A DNA stretch of 64,000 nucleotides from Gaiellaceae bacterium (lineage in GTDB: Bacteria; Actinomycetota; Thermoleophilia; Gaiellales; Gaiellaceae): positions 267-64,266 of the forward strand of contig JBHEMZ010000054.1 of the NCBI GenBank assembly GCA_046262315.1, read 5' to 3'. A model generated the notes under the pieces. The model saw only the letters and a list, made by a program, of their open reading frames with translations. It was not told where the DNA came from and did not search any database. The stretch's first letter is position 1, and every line of letters begins with the position of its first letter. Positions 62,581-64,000 of the stretch are shown piece by piece. The position numbers were made by a program, and so were the translations under genes.

Positions 62581-63597
62581 CTAAGCGAGCCGGATGCGCG
62601 GGTCGATGACCGCGTACAGGATGTCGACCAGCAGCGTGAAGACGATCACGAGTACGGCGGTGAACACGACGATCCCCTGTGTGATCGGAAGGTCGAACCC
62701 GGTGACGCTCTCGAGCGCGATCTGGCCAAGGCCGGGAAGTCCGAAGACGATCTCGAGGAAGACGACTCCGTTCAGGGCGAACGGCAAATCCATGCCAAAC
62801 ATCGTCACGACCGGGAGCATCGCGTTCCGGAGCACGTGCGAGCGGATCACGACGGACTCGGGTGCGCCTTTGGCGCGGGCCGTACGGACGTAGTCCTCAC
62901 TCATCGTTTCCAGCACCTCAGCCCGGATCATGCGGACGTAGATCGCCGCGCCGAGCACGCCGAAGGCGACCCACGGCAGGAGCAGGTGGTACGCCCATTG
63001 CACAGGCCCTCCGCATGCCGTCGACGGGTCGATCAGGTCGCAGTACTCGGCGATCGGCGTCCAGGCGAGCTTGTAGCCGAAGAAGAACGCCATCAGCAAG
63101 CCGATCCACACCGGGTGAGCGGAGACCCCGACGAGCACGAACACCATGCCCGATCGGTCGAGCAGCGAGCGAGGCTTGAGCGCCGAGAGGATCCCAAGCG
63201 GGAAGGCGATCAGGAAGAGGATCACGAATCCGCCGAGTGCCAGCGATGCGCTCACGGGCGCTGCCGCCAGGACGATGTCGTTGACTGGCCGCCGCGACTG
63301 GAACGAGCGGCCGAGCGACGGCTCCTTGAACCCCCAGCCGCCATAGTCGCCGGGCCCGATCTCCTCCTTGCCGAAGGGCAGGAGCCGGTTCAGGAACTTG
63401 ACGTACTGAACGGGGATCGGGTCGTCCAGTCCGAGGAAATGCTTCGCTCGCTCGATGTCCTCCGGCCCGGCGTTCTTCCCGGCCACCATTGCCGCTGGGT
63501 TGACCGGAATGATGAAGAAGATCACGTACGTGACGAAGGTGACGGCCACGAACAGCACGACAGACCAGCCGAGGCGCCGCAGAATGAACCGCCACAT
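62581..63597 (-). CDS. ABC transporter permease (DppB/OppB-like peptide/nickel family)
   Basis: The N-terminus is MWRFILRRLGWSVVLF. The EAA-type loop is DYVRTARAKGAPESVVIRSHVLRNA. The C-terminus is DILYAVIDPRIRL. Confidence 0.88.
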   Translation of the reverse strand: MWRFILRRLGWSVVLFVAVTFVTYVIFFIIPVNPAAMVAGKNAGPEDIERAKHFLGLDDPIPVQYVKFLNRLLPFGKEEIGPGDYGGWGFKEPSLGRSFQSRRPVNDIVLAAAPVSASLALGGFVILFLIAFPLGILSALKPRSLLDRSGMVFVLVGVSAHPVWIGLLMAFFFGYKLAWTPIAEYCDLIDPSTACGGPVQWAYHLLLPWVAFGVLGAAIYVRMIRAEVLETMSEDYVRTARAKGAPESVVIRSHVLRNAMLPVVTMFGMDLPFALNGVVFLEIVFGLPGLGQIALESVTGFDLPITQGIVVFTAVLVIVFTLLVDILYAVIDPRIRLA

Positions 63598-63659
63598 GCC
63601 CGAAGTCTGCCCGGTCCCGCCCGCGTCGGCCATGCAGAGGTCTGCGACAATCCGGCCCC

Positions 63660-64000
63660 GTGATCGACCTGCGCTCCGATACGCTGACCCAGCCAACCGC
63701 GGGCATGCGAGCCGCCATCGCGGCGGCCGTGGTCGGTGACGAGCAGAAGCGCGAGGATCCGACCGTGCTGGCGCTGGAGGAACGCGCCGCAGTGCTGCTC
63801 GGCCAGGAGGCAGCCGTGTACCTGCCGACCGCAACGATGGCAAACCAGATCGCGCTCCGGGTGCTCGGCGAGGCCGGCGACGAGCTGCTCGCCGAGGAGC
63901 ACTCGCACGTCCTGCTGTACGAGCTCGGCGGGCCTGCCGTGCACACCGGCCTCGTCACGCGCGGTCTACCGGGGGTTGCCGGGCGCCTGTCGGTGGAGCA
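63660..64000 (+). CDS. ltaE: Low-specificity L-threonine aldolase (beta-eliminating lyase family), truncated by the window end
   Basis: From GTG 63660 the sequence reads VIDLRSDTLTQPTAGMRAAIAAAVVGDEQKREDPTVLALEE...LPTATMANQIAL. The frame stays open to the last base. Confidence 0.8.
   Translation, partial: MIDLRSDTLTQPTAGMRAAIAAAVVGDEQKREDPTVLALEERAAVLLGQEAAVYLPTATMANQIALRVLGEAGDELLAEEHSHVLLYELGGPAVHTGLVTRGLPGVAGRLSVE

Noticed and set aside
1-64000. tRNA, rRNA, tmRNA, CRISPR arrays, transposases, integrases, and long direct or tandem repeats
   Set aside because: No T-loop/acceptor-stem patterns, no regularly spaced repeats, and no DDE or tyrosine/serine recombinase motifs were seen in any frame. 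This absence was judged by eye only. tRNAscan, Infernal and a repeat finder would be decisive.

Overview
High-GC (~70%) bacterial chromosome segment, almost fully coding, with about 64 protein genes. I found no rRNA, tRNA, CRISPR array, transposase or integrase. Gene content (a fused PafBC-like regulator, a dcw cluster without ftsA, LipJ-like cyclases) suggests Actinomycetota, possibly a Thermoleophilia- or Rubrobacteria-like lineage; that placement is inference only.

Main blocks:
- 0.2-8.9 kb: housekeeping genes plus an archaeal-type cyclic 2,3-diphosphoglycerate (cDPG) operon (metallophosphoesterase, cpgS, 2-phosphoglycerate kinase, glpX), a frameshifted histidine-phosphatase pseudogene, and queG.
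- 8.9-12.9 kb: a fused double-WYL PafBC-like regulator and zinc-ribbon/SPOR genes.
- 13-20.3 kb: aldehyde dehydrogenase, two tandem alpha/beta-hydrolase-adenylate cyclase paralogs, thiolase, hbd.
- 20.3-24.9 kb: a cation/proton antiporter and an OmpR/HisKA two-component pair.
- 24.9-36.3 kb: the queA / tgt-yajC-secDF block, split by a ~6.1 kb insertion. The insertion carries a decayed PLP-enzyme pseudogene, a 1348-aa secreted malectin / sugar-dehydrogenase-like / Kelch protein, ~0.87 kb of unassignable DNA, and vapBC translationally coupled to tgt.
- 36.3-41.9 kb: a UbiB-like kinase, a pseudo-receiver OmpR-family regulator, a heme-oxygenase-like protein, an ECF sigma-ogt pair, and a PfkB kinase.
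- 41.9-57 kb: a complete dcw cluster (mraZ rsmH ftsL ftsI murE murF mraY murD ftsW murG murC murB ftsQ ftsZ).
- 57-61.4 kb: gcvT-H-PA-PB.
- 61.4-64 kb: rlmN, an ABC permease, and a partial threonine aldolase.

The most interesting candidates are the bacterial cDPG operon with an adjacent candidate hydrolase, the insertion inside the queuosine/sec operon with its giant secreted protein, and a 320-nt structured spacer inside the dcw cluster.

All product calls rest on motif recognition by eye. No database search was run.
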